A DNA stretch of 64,000 nucleotides from Alphaproteobacteria bacterium (GTDB taxonomy: Bacteria; Pseudomonadota; Alphaproteobacteria; Micropepsales; Micropepsaceae), in assembly GCA_040381215.1 (NCBI GenBank), contig JBEIHO010000012.1, positions 1,236-65,235 on the forward strand. The letters are read 5' to 3'. Below, one piece after another: positions 21,194-32,801 of the stretch. The notes below the pieces were generated by a model. The model saw only the letters and a program-made list of their open reading frames with translations. It was not told the origin of the DNA and did not search any database. A program made the translations under genes and the position numbers. Position 1 is the stretch's first letter. The number at the start of each line of letters is the position of its first letter.

Positions 21194-22588
21194 TCAATAG
21201 CGATAGTGATCCGACTTGAACGGACCTTCCTGTCCAATGCCGAGGTAATCGGACTGCTTGTCTGACAAAGCCGTGAGCTTCGCACCCAGCTTCGCAAGAT
21301 GCAGGCGCGCAACCTTCTCATCGAGCTTCTTGGGCAGCGTGTAGACCTTGTTGGCGTACTGCGCGCCGTTCTGCCAAAGCTCGACCTGTGCCAGCGTCTG
21401 GTTGGTGAAGGACGAGCTCATCACGAAGCTCGGATGACCGGTGGCATTGCCGAGGTTCACCAGCCGCCCCTCCGACAGCAGGATGACGCGCTTGCCACCC
21501 GGGAACTCGACCTCGTCGACCTGCGGCTTGACGTTGTGCCACTTGAAGTTCTTCAGGGCCGCCACCTGGATCTCCGAGTCGAAGTGCCCGATGTTGCACA
21601 CGATCGCCCGATCCTTCATCTGGCGCATGTGCTCGACCGTGATCACGTCGACGTTGCCCGTCGCCGTTACGAAGATGTCAGCCCGCGGAGCGGCGTCGTC
21701 CATCGTGGTGACCTCGTAACCCTCCATCGCGGCCTGCAGCGCGCAGATCGGATCGATTTCCGACACGATCACGCGGCAACCCGCATTGCGAAGGCTCGCG
21801 GCAGATCCCTTGCCCACATCGCCAAAGCCCGCGACCATCGCGATCTTGCCCGCCATCATCACGTCGGTGCCGCGGCGAATACCGTCGACCAGGTTCTCGC
21901 GGCAACCGTAGAGATTGTCGAACTTGGACTTGGTCACGCTGTCATTGACGTTGATCGCAGGGAACGGCAATTCCTTGCGCTCGGCCATCTGATAGAGACG
22001 ATGCACGCCTGTTGTCGTCTCTTCCGTCACGCCCTTGACCGACGCAGCGATCTTTGAATACCAGCCGGGCTTGGTCTGGATCGTCTTGCGCATGACCGTG
22101 AACAGCGCCTCTTCCTCCTCGTTGGAGGGCTTGGAGATCACGGCGAGGTCCTTCTCCGCCTTGGGCCCGAGCACGCAAAGCAACGTGGCATCGCCGCCGT
22201 CATCGAGGATCATGTTCGGCGATCCGCCGTCCGCCCACTCGAAAATGCGGTGCACGTATTCCCAGTATTCGATCAGGGTCTCGCCCTTCTTGGCGAACAC
22301 GGGAATACCGGCCGCAGCAATGGCAGCGGCGGCATGGTCCTGCGTCGAGAAGATGTTGCAGGACGCCCAGCGCACGTCGGCACCGAGCACCTTGAGGGTC
22401 TCGATGAGCACGGCGGTCTGGATCGTCATGTGCAGGCAACCTGCAATACGAGCGCCCTTGAGCGGCTTGGAGGATCCGTACTCCTCGCGCGTCGCCATCA
22501 GGCCAGGCATTTCCGTCTCGGCGATTGCAATCTCGCGGCGTCCAAAATCGGCAAGCTTGATGTCGGCGACGACGTAATCGTTGGCCAT
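21194..22588 (-). CDS. ahcY: Adenosylhomocysteinase
   Basis: 464 aa. [20 protein letters not shown]…, NAD-binding GFGDVGKG, C-terminal …SDHYRY. Confidence 0.97.
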   Translation of the reverse strand: MANDYVVADIKLADFGRREIAIAETEMPGLMATREEYGSSKPLKGARIAGCLHMTIQTAVLIETLKVLGADVRWASCNIFSTQDHAAAAIAAAGIPVFAKKGETLIEYWEYVHRIFEWADGGSPNMILDDGGDATLLCVLGPKAEKDLAVISKPSNEEEEALFTVMRKTIQTKPGWYSKIAASVKGVTEETTTGVHRLYQMAERKELPFPAINVNDSVTKSKFDNLYGCRENLVDGIRRGTDVMMAGKIAMVAGFGDVGKGSAASLRNAGCRVIVSEIDPICALQAAMEGYEVTTMDDAAPRADIFVTATGNVDVITVEHMRQMKDRAIVCNIGHFDSEIQVAALKNFKWHNVKPQVDEVEFPGGKRVILLSEGRLVNLGNATGHPSFVMSSSFTNQTLAQVELWQNGAQYANKVYTLPKKLDEKVARLHLAKLGAKLTALSDKQSDYLGIGQEGPFKSDHYRY

Positions 22589-22645
22589 GAAAAATCCTCA
22601 GGGGTTTGGGGGCGCCGTCTTCCGGAACGCCGTTGAATGCGCGCC

Positions 22646-22674
22646 TCTATATCACCGCCCCTTTAGCACCTCAA
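22646..22674 (-). promoter_or_regulatory. Candidate sigma70-type promoter for ahcY
   Basis: Minus strand reads TTGAGG-17 nt-TATAGA about 60 nt upstream of the ATG, in a locally AT-rich stretch. Confidence 0.3.
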
Positions 22675-22749
22675 GGAGGATATAAAGATGTCTTTATGTG
22701 TTCATTACGGCTGAATTTTGCCGAAATTGCGGGATTTATCGCCCGTCCC

Positions 22750-23295
22750 CTACTCGATCGAACAAGCATGCGGCTCGCCCTCGGCAACCTTGGGCGCGAT
22801 GGCGCAGGCGGCATTCCACCACCGCATCACGAAAGCCCCGAGCTCCTCGTCACGGCGCGCCACATTCGCGAGCGGCAGCGAGACAGGCTGCAGCATCCCC
22901 GCTGGCAGGGTGCGCGAAATCTCGCAGCCCAGCTGGCGCACGGACAAGGGAACGGTGGCCCGATTGCAGGCCGCAAGCGCGTCGCCTGACAATTCCCGCG
23001 CCGTGCGCGCTTGCAGCGCGGCGATGCCGCGCAACTCCTGCAGAGGGTCAGTCGCATCCGACCCGGTGGTCTCGCCCTGCCCCATCTTGATCTCTGGCAG
23101 GCGAAGGATCTCGCGCGCCTGCCCCAGCATGACTCCATACCGCCCCGTAGCGATGAAGAGTTCCGTGACACGCGCGGCATCCTCCGGCGACAGCCGCGGC
23201 GCGGCACCCTCTTCGTCACGCCCCATGACATCATCGTAGATGGCACAGCCCGCGAGGCTGCAAACCATGGTCGCCATGACGAGAAAACGTTGCAT
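22750..23295 (-). CDS. Hypothetical lipoprotein
   Basis: ATG at 23295 with AAGGGA upstream. Lipobox MQRFLVMATMVCSLAGC. Confidence 0.55.
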   Translation of the reverse strand: MQRFLVMATMVCSLAGCAIYDDVMGRDEEGAAPRLSPEDAARVTELFIATGRYGVMLGQAREILRLPEIKMGQGETTGSDATDPLQELRGIAALQARTARELSGDALAACNRATVPLSVRQLGCEISRTLPAGMLQPVSLPLANVARRDEELGAFVMRWWNAACAIAPKVAEGEPHACSIE

Positions 23296-23309
23296 GCTTG
23301 ATCCCTTGC

Positions 23310-24248
23310 TCAACGCGGTGCAGTCACGGATGGACCTTTGGCGCTTCCGGTCGCAGGCCCCTCGACCTTGTACCCGCGCGCCCTCAGCATGCCAATCAGG
23401 CCATCACGCCCGGTCAGGTGCGCCGCACCGACCGTAACAAAGTGAACGTGCCCCGACCCGAGCATCTCCTCGATCATCGGCAGCCATTTGCGGTTTCGAA
23501 CCGTCAGCAACTGCTCCCGCAGCTGGGGCACATCGGAAAGCCCTGCATCGATCTGCGCCTGGAGCTTTTGCGCATCCCCTTCAACCCACGCCCCGATCAA
23601 GGCCCGTGGCGCCTCAGGCCGGTCGAGGATGTCACGGGCAACGGACCTCAGGTATCGGACCTCTGCCGCGCGCGACAGCTTGAGAAAATAGGACAATTGC
23701 TCCTCGACTGTCTCGAGATAGACAAGCCGCGCTTGTCGCGCACGCGCAAGCCGCTCAATCACGTGGTCGACGCCGAAATGCGGCGACGCGCCGATCATCA
23801 GGCTCGCATGGATCTCGAGGTATACCGCCGCAAGCCACGGACGCACCGTTCCAAGCAGGCGGGGCGGATACTGCACCTGCCACGCAGCCCGCGAAACAAG
23901 CTCATGCGCCTCCTCGCCGATGAGTTCACTGAGCGACCGCCCGCCGTCGATACGCCCGTGGCGCTCCACAAACCGCGCCATGGCGTCAGCCGCGCCATGC
24001 ACCGGCGCCTCGAACACAAAGACGGAGGACGCATCCATGGCAGCGTCAATCTCGGGCGACTTCCAGGAGACCTCGGGCGGAAGCAGATGGATCGATCCCA
24101 GAAGGTGAATACGGTTGTCGCCCTTCGAAACAGTCCAGAGCAGGGGCTTTGCAACAACAGGCGCCAAGCCGGCACTGGCATCAGCGACAACGATCGCGAG
24201 CGCCAGGAACCACACGGCAAGCCGCAAAATCAGTGCGCCCACGCTCAA
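23310..24248 (-). CDS. TraB/GumN family protein (exported)
   Basis: N-terminal hydrophobic signal, then PLLWTVSKGDNRIHLLGSIHLLPP, typical of the TraB/GumN family. Start overlaps the HPr stop by 4 nt. Confidence 0.75.
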   Translation of the reverse strand: MSVGALILRLAVWFLALAIVVADASAGLAPVVAKPLLWTVSKGDNRIHLLGSIHLLPPEVSWKSPEIDAAMDASSVFVFEAPVHGAADAMARFVERHGRIDGGRSLSELIGEEAHELVSRAAWQVQYPPRLLGTVRPWLAAVYLEIHASLMIGASPHFGVDHVIERLARARQARLVYLETVEEQLSYFLKLSRAAEVRYLRSVARDILDRPEAPRALIGAWVEGDAQKLQAQIDAGLSDVPQLREQLLTVRNRKWLPMIEEMLGSGHVHFVTVGAAHLTGRDGLIGMLRARGYKVEGPATGSAKGPSVTAPR

Positions 24249-24553
24249 GAGTCCTCGCCGAACCTCGCCTCGATGAGCGCCTGGAGGGCATCGAGCGCAT
24301 CGCTGGCCTGCGGACCCTCGGCTGAAAGCCCGAGTTCCGACCCGATCCCTGCCCCCAGCATCATGAGGCCCATGATCGAAGTCGCAGCCACACGATGGCC
24401 ATCCTTGTGAACAGTAACTTGCGCGTCGAACTTGCCGGCCGTCTGAACGAATTTTGCCGAGGCGCGGGCATGCAGGCCCTTGGCATTCACGATACGCACG
24501 CTGCGGACAGGCGGAACCGCAGGATCAGCCACCGGCAAGCTCCTTGGACGCAA
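24245..24553 (-). CDS. HPr-family phosphocarrier protein (NPr-like)
   Basis: VRIVNAKGLHARASAKFV (active-site His) and SIMGLMMLGAG. The start could be a little downstream of 24553. Confidence 0.85.
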   Translation of the reverse strand: MRPRSLPVADPAVPPVRSVRIVNAKGLHARASAKFVQTAGKFDAQVTVHKDGHRVAATSIMGLMMLGAGIGSELGLSAEGPQASDALDALQALIEARFGEDS

Positions 24554-24926
24554 CGCGGATATACTTGCGGCCAGCGTCCTGCGCCTTGTCGACGGCCTCC
24601 ATGAGCTTGGACCCTGACCTGACCGAGGCCAGTTTGATCAGCATGGGAAGATTGACCCCCGCGATGACTTCGACGCGACCGCTCTCCATGGCCGAGATGG
24701 CAAGATTGGAGGGCGTCCCGCCGAACATGTCGGTAAGCAGGATCGCACCATGGCCGCTATCGACCTTCTTGATCGCCGAGAGGATCTCTTCCCGGCGCAT
24801 CTCCATATCGTCCTGCGGACCAATGCAGACGGTCAGGAAATCAGCCTGAGGCCCGACAACATGCTCGGTTGCAGCCTTGAGCTCGTCAGCGAGACGGCCA
24901 TGGGTGACAAGAACGACGCCAATCAT
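24525..24926 (-). CDS. PTS EIIA component, mannose family (ManX-like)
   Basis: MIGVVLVTHGRLADEL… EIIA-Man fold signature, 133 aa. Confidence 0.85.
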   Translation of the reverse strand: MIGVVLVTHGRLADELKAATEHVVGPQADFLTVCIGPQDDMEMRREEILSAIKKVDSGHGAILLTDMFGGTPSNLAISAMESGRVEVIAGVNLPMLIKLASVRSGSKLMEAVDKAQDAGRKYIRVASKELAGG

Positions 24927-25044
24927 GAATGCGATGATACTCCAGCAGCTGCATCGGCGGGACCGGCTGCGTGCCCGTGGCAGGCGACCTTAATAGTCTG
25001 CTTCGGTCCTCCGCTCAACGACCGAACGAGGGCCATGAGGACGC

Positions 25045-25491
25045 TCACCCGGGCCAGCCCCGGTGCAAACCTGCCAGTGTTATCCTGACTTTTGCAGGGG
25101 CCGAGGCCGTATGACTGTCCAGCACAAGCAGGGGCAACCGTGGCAACTCGGCACCGGGTGGGTGCCACCAGCAGGGTTCAGGCATGCGCTCGACCGGATC
25201 GCCGGTCAGGGCGACGGCCAACCGCAACACCGTCGCAGTTTTGCGGGGCGCACGAAGGATGCCGCCCCCCCGCACCTCCAACAGACCCGCGATCGTCTCC
25301 GGCGCGCGCGCCACCCACAGAGCACCATCCGCACCGAGCACTGTCTGGTCATCGCTGACCAGCCACGCACCTTCGACAATCAGCCGCAGGGCCAGGTCGC
25401 TCTTGCCCGCACCTGATGCACCGACAAGAAGCACCCCGGCGCCGGCGATATCAACGCAACTTGCATGTACAAGCACGTCAGGCAGCCCCAT
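25045..25491 (-). CDS. hprK: HPr kinase/phosphorylase, short alphaproteobacterial form (C-terminal catalytic domain only)
   Basis: VLLVGASGAGKSDLALRL P-loop, 148 aa. Lies downstream of chvG. Confidence 0.85.
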   Translation of the reverse strand: MGLPDVLVHASCVDIAGAGVLLVGASGAGKSDLALRLIVEGAWLVSDDQTVLGADGALWVARAPETIAGLLEVRGGGILRAPRKTATVLRLAVALTGDPVERMPEPCWWHPPGAELPRLPLLVLDSHTASAPAKVRITLAGLHRGWPG

Positions 25492-27214
25492 CGTTCACGA
25501 CAGGCAATTCAACGGTGAAGCGGGCACCGGCGGTCGCGCCTGCGGCGTCCCTGACATTCTCGGCGTGAATGCGCCCGCCATGCACATCGATGATCTGCCG
25601 CGAGATTGAGAGCCCCAGACCGGAGTTCTTGCCGAAGCCGTGCGCCAGCGGTCGCGACGTGTAGAACCGGCGGAAGATGACCTCGAGGTTTTCCTCGGGA
25701 ATGCCTGGCCCCTGGTCCTCGATGGTGACAACCGCCCATCCGTCCTTGGCCCGCAACACAACCCTGATCTCGCTGTCCGCAGGACTGAACGAAAAGGCGT
25801 TCTCCAAGATGTTGCGGAAGACCTGCGCAAGCGGACCCTCGAGGCCACGCACCTTCGGCGAAGGCGTTGGCAGGTCGAGGACAATCCGGGGGGCACCCTG
25901 AGCATCGGGATCATGAAACATGTCGGTGACAGCAGCAACCAGGCCACCGATATCGACACTATGCGCCTTGGCGCGTGAAAGCTCGGCATCAAGGCGAGAC
26001 GCATCGGAAATGTCGCTGATGAGCCTGTTCAGCCGCCCGACATCGTCGCGAATGACGCCCATCAGTTTCTGCCGCTTCTCCTCATCCGGCGTTCGGCGCA
26101 GCGTCTCGATTGCACTGGCAACGGAGGTCAGCGGGTTCTTGATTTCATGCGCGACATCGGCTGCGAACTGCTCGATGGCGTCCATGCGCGCATGCAGGGC
26201 GGTGGTCATGGCACGCAGGGACACCGAGAGATCCCCGATTTCATCCCGCCGCCAGGCTAGATTGGGGATGGCATCAAGCGCACGTCCACCGCTGCGAACA
26301 ACCTCCGCACCGTGCGAGAGTTTGCGGATGGGACCCGTGACATGCCACAGCAAAAGCAGAGAAGCGGCCAGGATGACCACGAAGCCGACGACGGCACCTG
26401 CGATAAGTTGCGCCGCCTCGCTGGCAAGTGCCTCATCGATGTCTCCCGCTTCCGTCGACAGCATCAGGACACCCATGACATAGCTCAGGCGCCGGATCGG
26501 CACCGCGACAGACAGGATCATCTTGCCATCACGGTTGACCCGTTCAGCGCTGGCAAAGTCCGCGGATTGAAGAACCTGGCGAACCTCTGCAAACCTCGAG
26601 CCCTGAATGAAGAGCTCCTCGAGATTGGGCGATGGGGCATCCCTCCCCGGCCGCAGCCATATGACCCCCTGCCGTATCACGCGCTCGATCTGCTCGCGCA
26701 AGTCGATCTGGCCAGGCGCCGGCAGTTCGCGCGCCTGCACCTGGTTCAGCATGAGGATGAAGCGCGTGTCGTGCAGGGGCAAGCCCGTGGGACTGAAAAC
26801 GCGGCCACGCGTCCCCGTGGGCTTGAGCTGCCAATTGAGCAAGTCGCTCGTCTTGCTGGAATCGAGCTCGATCGCATCGTCAGCGTTGATCTCGCCCCTG
26901 GCACCGTATCGCGCGATGCTCTCGGCGACGACTTCAGCCTGCGCTCTCAGTGCACGAAACCGCTCATCGACCAGGGATACGCGGATCTCCTGCAGCCAGA
27001 AGATCCCCGCCACGAACACGGCGAGGGCAACAAGATTGAAGCCGACAACCTTTAGCGTAAGAAGCGAAAGGCGCCGCTGCCGAGGTCTAAAGGCAAGGCC
27101 CTTGGCCTTCACGCGCGGCGGAAACAGCCAGGAAGAAGCGCGCGCAAAAGCCCCACCCTTTTTTTCGGGAGCGACCGCAGGCCCGGAAGAAGAAGCTGTC
27201 CCGTTGTTGCTCAA
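25478..27214 (-). CDS. chvG: Sensor histidine kinase ChvG/ExoS-type
   Basis: 578 aa with two TM segments flanking a periplasmic domain, HAMP, H-box [15 protein letters not shown], and an ATPase domain. chvI-chvG-hprK synteny. Confidence 0.8.
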   Translation of the reverse strand: MSNNGTASSSGPAVAPEKKGGAFARASSWLFPPRVKAKGLAFRPRQRRLSLLTLKVVGFNLVALAVFVAGIFWLQEIRVSLVDERFRALRAQAEVVAESIARYGARGEINADDAIELDSSKTSDLLNWQLKPTGTRGRVFSPTGLPLHDTRFILMLNQVQARELPAPGQIDLREQIERVIRQGVIWLRPGRDAPSPNLEELFIQGSRFAEVRQVLQSADFASAERVNRDGKMILSVAVPIRRLSYVMGVLMLSTEAGDIDEALASEAAQLIAGAVVGFVVILAASLLLLWHVTGPIRKLSHGAEVVRSGGRALDAIPNLAWRRDEIGDLSVSLRAMTTALHARMDAIEQFAADVAHEIKNPLTSVASAIETLRRTPDEEKRQKLMGVIRDDVGRLNRLISDISDASRLDAELSRAKAHSVDIGGLVAAVTDMFHDPDAQGAPRIVLDLPTPSPKVRGLEGPLAQVFRNILENAFSFSPADSEIRVVLRAKDGWAVVTIEDQGPGIPEENLEVIFRRFYTSRPLAHGFGKNSGLGLSISRQIIDVHGGRIHAENVRDAAGATAGARFTVELPVVNDGAA

Positions 27215-27909
27215 ACTTCCACGTACTTGTAGCCGACGCCATAGAGCGTCTGTATCGAATCAAAGCTGTCATCGACCTGCTTGAACTTCTTGCGCAGTCG
27301 CTTGATGTGGCTGTCGATCGTGCGATCGTCGACATAGACCTGATCGTCGTACGCGGTGTCCATGAGATTGTCGCGGCTCTTCACGATCCCCGGCCTCTGG
27401 GCAAGCGACTGAAGGATCAGGAACTCCGTGACGGTCAACTGCACATCCTTGCCGTCCCAGGTGCAGGAATGACGCTGCTGGTCGAGCGAAAGCTTGCCAC
27501 GCACCATGACCTCACGCGCGCCACCGGCGCCCGGCGGAGAATTGCGGGCCTCGGCACGACGCAACACCGCACGAACGCGCTGCAACAGCGTGCGCTGCGA
27601 GAACGGCTTCCTGATGTAGTCGTCCGCACCCAGGCTCAAACCGACCACCTCGTCGATCTCGTCATCCTTGGAGGTGAGAAAGATGACCGGAAGGTCGCTC
27701 GATTGGCGCAAGCGCTTGAGAACCTCATGCCCATCCATGCGGGGCATCTTGATGTCGAGAATGGCCAGCGACGGAGGCGTGGCTTGCAAGGCGGTCAGCG
27801 CCGAGACCCCGTCGGAATAGGTCCGGACATGAAACCCCTCCTGCTCCAGCGCCATGGAGAGCGAGGCGAGGATGTTCCGGTCGTCGTCGACAAGCGCGAT
27901 GGTGGTCAT
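27211..27909 (-). CDS. chvI: OmpR-family response regulator ChvI
   Basis: [10 protein letters not shown]…DIKMPRMDG receiver domain plus a winged-helix C-terminus (…LYGVGYKY). Divergent from pckA. Confidence 0.85.
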   Translation of the reverse strand: MTTIALVDDDRNILASLSMALEQEGFHVRTYSDGVSALTALQATPPSLAILDIKMPRMDGHEVLKRLRQSSDLPVIFLTSKDDEIDEVVGLSLGADDYIRKPFSQRTLLQRVRAVLRRAEARNSPPGAGGAREVMVRGKLSLDQQRHSCTWDGKDVQLTVTEFLILQSLAQRPGIVKSRDNLMDTAYDDQVYVDDRTIDSHIKRLRKKFKQVDDSFDSIQTLYGVGYKYVEV

Positions 27910-28249
27910 GTCAGCCTTGGTCCTTGCTACGGACAGATTCCCGTCCCCGGTGAGTATAGGCGCACCTTCGGTCCGTCACCATTGTCACGCCGGCCGAGAG
28001 GATCATGCGACCAAAGCCTGCGTTCCGTAGCTGCAGATGCACCCAACCCGCCCCGGACATAAGCCCGGGCCGAAGCCGTCTACACCTTGAAATAATAGGG
28101 ATATTTAGGCTTTTTGGTGGCCATGCAGCGCTGTTGTGGGCCTGTCGATATTGCGTCCGTCAGGCCCCGCCCCTATGGTAGCCCCCGAATTGAAAACCCC
28201 AGTTTTCTGCCACTTCGCCCCAAGACGGGCGATCCGGAGACCACGACGA

Positions 28250-29860
28250 ATGCACCCGACCGCTCACCCCCAGAACTCCATCGACAGCGCCGGCCTCGCC
28301 AATCTCAAGCGCGTCCACTGGAACCTTCCCATGGCAGGCCTCGTCCAGGAGGCCGTCGAGCGCCGCGAGGGGCTGATGGCCAAGGACGGGCCTCTGGTCG
28401 TCAAGACGGGCATTCATACCGGCCGCTCGGCTGGCGACAAGTTCGTGGTGCGCGAGCCGTCCGTCGAGAACCACATCTGGTGGGACAACAACAAGTCGAT
28501 GACCCCGGCGCATTTTGATGCGCTTCTCGCATCCTTCCGCGCCTACGCGCAGGGCCGCGAACTCTTCGTGCAGGATCTCTTCGGCGGCGCCGACAAGGTG
28601 CACCGGCTGCCCGTGCGCGTCGTGACCGAATACGCATGGCACTCGCTGTTCATCCAGCATCTGCTGATTGAACCCGAGGCCGGCGAACGTCTCAACTTCG
28701 ATCCCCAGTTCACGATCATCGATTTCCCCGGCTTCCAGGCCGACCCCGCCATCCATGGCACCGTCTCGGGGACAGTGATTGCCGTTTCCTTCGAGAAGAA
28801 GATCGTCCTCATCGGCGGCACCTCGTATGCCGGCGAAATGAAGAAGTCGGTTTTCACGATCCTGAACTATCTGTTGCCACCCCGTAATGTCATGCCGATG
28901 CACTGCTCGGTGAATGTCGGCAAGTCCAAGGAGAGCGCGATTTTCTTCGGGCTGTCCGGCACCGGCAAGACGACACTGTCTGCAGACCCCAACCGGACGC
29001 TGATCGGCGATGACGAGCATGGCTGGTCCGAACATGGCGTGTTCAATTTCGAGGGCGGCTGCTACGCCAAGATGATCCGCCTGTCGCCTGAAGCGGAACC
29101 GGAGATCCACGCGACGACGAAGCGTTTCGGCACGGTGCTCGAGAATGTCGTCATCGACGAGCGCACGCGCGAACTCGACCTCAACGACGCCTCTCTCGCC
29201 GAAAACTCGCGCGGGGCCTACCCTATCAGCTACATCCCCAATGCCAGCACCACCGGCGTGGCCGGACAGCCGTCGAACATAGTCATGCTGACGGCCGATG
29301 CTTTCGGCGTGTTGCCGCCGATTGCGAAGCTGACACCAAGCCAGGCGATGTACCACTTCCTGTCGGGCTTCACCGCCAAAGTCGCGGGAACCGAGAAGGG
29401 TCTCGGCAAGGAACCACAGCCCACATTCTCGACCTGCTTCGGCGCCCCCTTCATGCCGCGCCATCCGACCGAGTATGGCAACCTGCTCCGCGATCTGATC
29501 GCCAAGCACAAGGTCGACTGCTGGCTCGTCAATACGGGTTGGACCGGCGGCGCCTTTGGCACTGGCTCGCGCATGCCCATCAAGGCGACGCGCGCACTGC
29601 TCTCGGCCGCTCTCGATGGCACGTTGAAGACCGTCCAGATGCGCAAGGATCCGCATTTCGGGTTTGAAGTTCCCGTCGAAGTACCGGGCGTGGACGCCAG
29701 GATCCTGAACCCGCGCGATACCTGGGCCGACAAGGCCGCCTATGACAAGCAGGCCATCAAGCTGGTGCAGATGTTCCGCGACAATTTCCGCAAGTTCGAG
29801 GCCCACGTGGGCGCCGACGTGAAGGCAGCGGCACCCAAGCTGGCCGAAGCCGCCGAATAG
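28250..29860 (+). CDS. pckA: Phosphoenolpyruvate carboxykinase (ATP)
   Basis: ORF 28136..29860 trimmed to the ATG at 28250. [21 protein letters not shown] kinase-1a motif, IGDDEHGW. Confidence 0.95.
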   Translation: MHPTAHPQNSIDSAGLANLKRVHWNLPMAGLVQEAVERREGLMAKDGPLVVKTGIHTGRSAGDKFVVREPSVENHIWWDNNKSMTPAHFDALLASFRAYAQGRELFVQDLFGGADKVHRLPVRVVTEYAWHSLFIQHLLIEPEAGERLNFDPQFTIIDFPGFQADPAIHGTVSGTVIAVSFEKKIVLIGGTSYAGEMKKSVFTILNYLLPPRNVMPMHCSVNVGKSKESAIFFGLSGTGKTTLSADPNRTLIGDDEHGWSEHGVFNFEGGCYAKMIRLSPEAEPEIHATTKRFGTVLENVVIDERTRELDLNDASLAENSRGAYPISYIPNASTTGVAGQPSNIVMLTADAFGVLPPIAKLTPSQAMYHFLSGFTAKVAGTEKGLGKEPQPTFSTCFGAPFMPRHPTEYGNLLRDLIAKHKVDCWLVNTGWTGGAFGTGSRMPIKATRALLSAALDGTLKTVQMRKDPHFGFEVPVEVPGVDARILNPRDTWADKAAYDKQAIKLVQMFRDNFRKFEAHVGADVKAAAPKLAEAAE

Positions 29861-29894
29861 ATCGCAGGAGATCTCGAATAGGGACGCCAGGCGA

Positions 29895-32801
29895 CTAGTG
29901 CGCCTCGTCCCAGTTCGCCCCGGCCTTGGCATCCACAACAAGTGGAACACTCAGCTTCAGCACGGGCTCGGCTGCGCTCTCCATGACCCTTCGGATGACG
30001 GCCTTGGCCGCATCAACCTCATCGTCGGGAACCTCGAACACAAGTTCGTCGTGAACCTGCAACAGCATGCGTGCAGCCAGGCGCTCGCGCAGCAAGGTTT
30101 CCGGCATGCGGATCATGGCGCGGCGGATGATGTCTGCTGCCGATCCCTGGATGGGGGCATTGATCGCGGCACGCTCGACAAATGCCCGCATCGACGGGTT
30201 GGATGAGCCGATGTCGGGCAGGTTGATCTTGCGACCGAAAATGGTGCTCACGAATTTTCGATCATGTGCTTCTTGCTTCGTTCGGTCCATGTAGGCCCGG
30301 ATCCCGGGGAACCGCTCGAAGTAGGTCTTGATGTAGGCATTCGCCTCTTCGCGCGGAATGCCAAGCTGGTTGGCAAGGCCGAACCCTGAAATGCCATAGA
30401 TGATGCCGAAATTGATTGCCTTCGCACGACTGCGCACGGCGGCAGGCATGCCCTGGACGGGCACATTGAACATTTCCGACGCCGTCATTGCATGAATGTC
30501 GACGCCATCGGCGAAGGCTTTTTTCAGCGCCGGAATATCAGCGATATGCGCAAGCAGCCTCAGCTCCACCTGGCTGTAGTCGGCGCTGATCAGCTTCATG
30601 CCCCGCGGCGCAACGAAGGCTGTGCGGATCTCACGCCCCTCCTCCGTGCGGATGGGAATGTTCTGGAGGTTCGGCTCGTTCGATGACAGGCGCCCCGTCG
30701 ACGTGGCCGCCATCGAATAGGACGTGTGAATGCGTCCCGTCCTGGAATTGATGTAGGTAGGCAAGGCGTCCGTATAGGTGCTTTTCAGCTTGGACACCTG
30801 TCTCCAGTCGATGATCCGTCGAGGCAGGTCGTGCCCTTGGCCCGCAAGCTCCTCGAGGGCATCCGCATCCGTGGACCATTGTCCGGTCTTTGTCTTCTTG
30901 CCGCCCGGCAGGTTGAATTTGCCGAACAGGATCTCTCCAAGCTGTTTCGGAGAACCCAGATTGAAGCGCTCACCGGCAAGCTTGTGGATCTCCTCTTCCA
31001 GCCCGGCCATCCGCTGCGCAAACCGATGCGAGAGGCGCGCCAGCACATCCCGATCCACGAGCACCCCTGCCTGCTCCATATCGGCGAGAACTTGCACCAG
31101 GGGACGCTCAAGCGTCTCGTACACCCGCGTCATGCGCTCCGCCGCGAGCCTCGGCTTCAGCAAGCCGTGCAGGCGCAGCGTCACGTCTGCATCCTCGGCC
31201 GAATAAGCCGTAGCCTCGGCAACGGGGACCTGGTCAAAAGTGACCTGCGCCTTGCCCTTGCCGGCAACTTCGGTGAAAGCGATTGGCTTGTGCTGCAGGA
31301 ACAGCACCGAGAGTTCATCCATTCCGTGCTTGTGAAGTCCTTCATCGAGGACATACGACATCAACATCGTGTCATCGAAGGGATGGATGCGGATCCCGTG
31401 TCGTACCAGGATGTGGAAATCATACTTGATGTTCTGGCCGACCTTCAGCACTGCCGGGTCTTCAAGCAGCGGCTTGAGCCTCGAAATGACCAGATCGAGA
31501 GCTAGCTGTTTTGGCTGCCCGCCGGAAAAGTCGAGGCCACCCCCCGTTCCGTGGCCGACGGGAATATAGCAGGCCCGCCCCGGCGCAACCGCAAGGGCGA
31601 CACCGACGAGCTGCGCCTCCATCTCGTTGAGCGACGTCGTCTCGGTATCGACGCAAACAGTCCCGGCAGCCGAAGCCTCCGCAATCCAGCGCTCGAGCGC
31701 GGCAAAATCCGTAACCGTCTCGTACGCAGACCGGTCGATCGGAGCCTGGATTGCATCCCGCGCGACAACCGCGCCTGGCCCCGTTGAAAGAGCAGCCGCT
31801 GATGACTGCGGGGCTTGTGGCTCCGATGCAGGTCGATCCACGCTGACCGCCGCGGCAGGAATCGCCGCCGCGTCACTCAGGTCCCACTCTGCTGCCACGC
31901 GACGGAATAGCGTGTTGAGTTCCATCGCCTTGAGGAAACCGGCGAGTTCGCGCGGATCCGGCTCGACAACCGACAAGTCACCCAGCGGCACCGGGACCGG
32001 AGCCTGCGTATCAAGCTGCACGAGGCGTTTCGACACGCGGGCCTTGTCGGCATTTTCGATCAGGGTCTCCCGCCGCTTCGGCTGCTTGATTTCACCCGCA
32101 CGCGCCAGCAATGTCTCGAGGTCACCAAAGGAATTGATCAGCTCAGCGGCTGTCTTCACACCGATCCCCGGTACGCCCGGCACATTGTCTGTGCTGTCGC
32201 CGGCAAGCGCCTGGACATCAACGACCTTGGAGGGTGGGACGCCAAATTTTTCGATCACTTCGGCTGACCGGATCGAGCGCGACTTGACCGGATCCTGCAG
32301 CTCCACCTGGCCGTCCACGACCAACTGCATCAAGTCCTTGTCCGACGAAACAACCGTGACGAAGGCTCCAGCACCGGATGCTTGTGCGGCGTAGGTTGCA
32401 ATCAGGTCATCCGCCTCGAACCCTTCAAGTTCCACCGCAGGAACCCCGAAGGCCCGCGTCGCATCGCGGATGAGCGAAAACTGGGGTACGAGGTCCTCGG
32501 GCGGAGGCGGTCGATGAGCCTTGTATTCGGGGTAGATTTCGTTCCGAAAGCTCGTTCTCGACGTGTCGAAGATGACAGCGAGATGCGTGGGCCGTTCCCC
32601 GGACTTCGTGTCCTGCAGCAGCTTGAACAGCATGTTGCAAAACCCGGAGACGGCACCCACCGGCAGCCCGTCACTCTTGCGGGTAAGCGGTGGCAACGCG
32701 TGAAAGGCGCGAAAAATGTACCCCGAGCCATCGATCAGGTAGAGGTGGTCACCCTTCCCGATCCCCGGCCGTGCATCCGACCCAGCCTTGTGCGCCGTCA
32801 A
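29895..32801 (-). CDS. polA: DNA polymerase I
   Basis: 968 aa with a 5'-nuclease domain (LIDGSGYIFRAFHA), a 3'-5' exonuclease domain and a pol domain (DYSQVELR, QVHDELVFE). The only in-frame start upstream of the conserved N-terminus is TTG at 32801. Confidence 0.97.
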   Translation of the reverse strand: MTAHKAGSDARPGIGKGDHLYLIDGSGYIFRAFHALPPLTRKSDGLPVGAVSGFCNMLFKLLQDTKSGERPTHLAVIFDTSRTSFRNEIYPEYKAHRPPPPEDLVPQFSLIRDATRAFGVPAVELEGFEADDLIATYAAQASGAGAFVTVVSSDKDLMQLVVDGQVELQDPVKSRSIRSAEVIEKFGVPPSKVVDVQALAGDSTDNVPGVPGIGVKTAAELINSFGDLETLLARAGEIKQPKRRETLIENADKARVSKRLVQLDTQAPVPVPLGDLSVVEPDPRELAGFLKAMELNTLFRRVAAEWDLSDAAAIPAAAVSVDRPASEPQAPQSSAAALSTGPGAVVARDAIQAPIDRSAYETVTDFAALERWIAEASAAGTVCVDTETTSLNEMEAQLVGVALAVAPGRACYIPVGHGTGGGLDFSGGQPKQLALDLVISRLKPLLEDPAVLKVGQNIKYDFHILVRHGIRIHPFDDTMLMSYVLDEGLHKHGMDELSVLFLQHKPIAFTEVAGKGKAQVTFDQVPVAEATAYSAEDADVTLRLHGLLKPRLAAERMTRVYETLERPLVQVLADMEQAGVLVDRDVLARLSHRFAQRMAGLEEEIHKLAGERFNLGSPKQLGEILFGKFNLPGGKKTKTGQWSTDADALEELAGQGHDLPRRIIDWRQVSKLKSTYTDALPTYINSRTGRIHTSYSMAATSTGRLSSNEPNLQNIPIRTEEGREIRTAFVAPRGMKLISADYSQVELRLLAHIADIPALKKAFADGVDIHAMTASEMFNVPVQGMPAAVRSRAKAINFGIIYGISGFGLANQLGIPREEANAYIKTYFERFPGIRAYMDRTKQEAHDRKFVSTIFGRKINLPDIGSSNPSMRAFVERAAINAPIQGSAADIIRRAMIRMPETLLRERLAARMLLQVHDELVFEVPDDEVDAAKAVIRRVMESAAEPVLKLSVPLVVDAKAGANWDEAH

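Noticed and set aside
22589-22650. Possible SAH riboswitch in the ahcY 5' leader (contains AACGGCG and GC-rich flanks)
   Set aside because: I could not fold the P1/P2/P4 pseudoknot consensus (GAGGAGCGCUGC…AACGGCGCUCAC) from this sequence. The complementary arms are missing, and to my knowledge the class is mainly beta/gammaproteobacterial. An Infernal scan with RF01057 would settle it.
25045-25491. hprK looks truncated (148 aa), so a possible pseudogene
   Set aside because: Alphaproteobacterial HprK proteins naturally lack the N-terminal domain. The P-loop is intact and the gene is embedded in the conserved locus.
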